Source: Malacoraja senta (Eukaryota). Taken from it: DNA of 64,000 nucleotides. The stretch covers positions 10,294,001-10,358,000 of the forward strand of contig CM075993.1 of NCBI GenBank assembly GCA_038087875.1, read 5' to 3'. A program made the translations under genes and the position numbers. The stretch's first letter is position 1; every line of letters begins with the position of its first letter. Below the pieces are notes generated by a model. The model did no database searches. It had not been told where the DNA came from and saw only the letters and a program-made list of their open reading frames with translations. Positions 62,581 through 64,000 of this stretch are shown piece after piece.

Positions 62581-62929
62581 GTAGGTATAAAACCTAATTT
62601 CACTTGCTGTTGTTGTTTGCTTGGCTGGGAATGGTGAATTGCTTTGAATATTTTAATTCCCAAAAGCTTGAATTTGCTGCACTATTTATGCACCAGTTAA
62701 GTTACATGTACAAGAATGATGCTAAGGCTCTTGTTAATGTTCAGTAAAATCTGCATCTTTATAAATCCAGCTGTGCTATGCGTATTGGCCTCTTTTAAAA
62801 GAGCCAATTATCCTAGTAAAATATAAGATGCGTTTTGTAGAAGCCGAGTCTGCAGATTCCGCACGTAATTATTAAAGCTAACCAAATGTTTATTGTTAGG
62901 AGAATAAGGTTATATGCTTCATTTGCATG

Positions 62930-63205
62930 ATGAGGCCGCACCTGGAATTTTGTTCCGAAACCCTGATAGTATCCTTCCCTTCACATATTCTGCTCAACCT
63001 TCTGAGTTCCGCCAGCAATTTGTGGGGTTTTTTCTCCATATTCAACCATCTGGTCTCTTGTCTCCACACCTGGAGTACTTGGGGCTTAGGACCAAAGGAA
63101 TCACAGGATATGGGGAAAAAGCAGGAACGGGGTACTGATTTTAGATGATCAGCCATGATCATATTGAGCCGAATGGCCTACTCCTGAACCTATTTTTCTA
63201 TGTTT
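62930..63205 (+). mobile_element. CR1 3' fragment (internally deleted)
   Basis: RPHLEFC motif and the CR1 3' tail (GATGATCAGCCATGATCATATTGA..CCGAATGGCCTACTCCTG). Confidence 0.65.
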
Positions 63206-64000
63206 CAAGTGTGATCAATATTGGTTTTGGTATTTAAAGAAGGATATTAATACATTGGAAGCAGTTTAGAGAAGGTTTACTCAGCAAATGTCTGGAATAA
63301 GCAGATTGATTAAGGAAAGATTGAGCAGGCTATACTTGTAAATGAGAGGCCACTTGTTCGAAGCCCGAAGGATGAAAAGAGATCTTGGGTGGTACGTTGT
63401 CATAAACAAAGTGGGATGCATTCTGAAATGTGATTGTGGGAAACCTGAGTGAAGAACCGAGACGTTCTGACCATTGTATTTAACAACTCAGTGATTAATG
63501 CAACAGCGTAGGATAAACTATTAGTCAATCTATCATCGGAATTGGATGTTGTACCAATACAGTCAAGATAAAATTAATTAAAAAATACAGCAAAGGACAA
63601 CATAAATTAAAGCAACTAACATGATTTTTTTAAAGTGAGAGGAGAAAATAACACTATGCTGTTCATCTGCTGATGCATCTACTGTGGATGTGAATTATTA
63701 AGTAATTTGATATGCTTCATGGGAAACTTCTAACAATTTGTCAAAGGAGGTTGATTTAAAATATCAAAAGGATTCTGTTCAATGCTTTTCAAAAAGGGAG
63801 AATGTGAACAATGATGTCTCGTGATCATTAGCCCACTGAATCCATGGAGACCATCTCGTGCTGAACATCTTACATTGAGCCTGCACTAATATCATTTCAT
63901 TCACATTGTCAGACTTTCCCCCTTCTCCTCCCCCTTCCCACCAACCTCAGTCGCTCACCTACACACTAGAGGCTATTTACAGGGCCAATTACACAGCAAA

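Noticed and set aside
62581..62637. C-terminal VGIKPNFTCCCCLLGWEW of the 328-aa ORF
   Set aside because: Lies after the GTAGGT donor where HERC1 similarity stops; intron read-through.

Overview
Vertebrate genomic DNA, very repeat-rich. The CR1/L2/Rex1/Penelope/SINE families point to a cartilaginous fish, probably a skate or ray (inference). The one confidently identified host gene is HERC1 (+): its first coding exon is 61625-62580 (CDS 61651-62580, 310 codons). A CpG island with an NRF1/ETS motif array at about 29.0-29.7 kb is the likely promoter and non-coding exon 1, which would give an intron 1 of about 32 kb. Left of the island, a chain of phase-compatible small exons on the minus strand suggests an unrecognised head-to-head gene. 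The rest is nested mobile DNA: a full-length but decayed DIRS tyrosine-recombinase retrotransposon (7407-12184), a Gypsy element (23500-28927) carrying a Helitron and an insert with a probable 8-bp TSD, many CR1, L2, Rex1, RTE and Penelope pieces, a Harbinger-type MITE and a Tc1 fragment. The most notable signals are: (i) a 139-bp retroposon whose 5' end folds as a minimal, CPEB3-like HDV ribozyme; (ii) about 20 Penelope-derived mini-elements carrying a minimal hammerhead core, several with their own 10-15 bp TSDs; (iii) two adjacent P-element-like excision footprints; (iv) the candidate minus-strand gene. Family names come from motif recognition only; no database search was possible.
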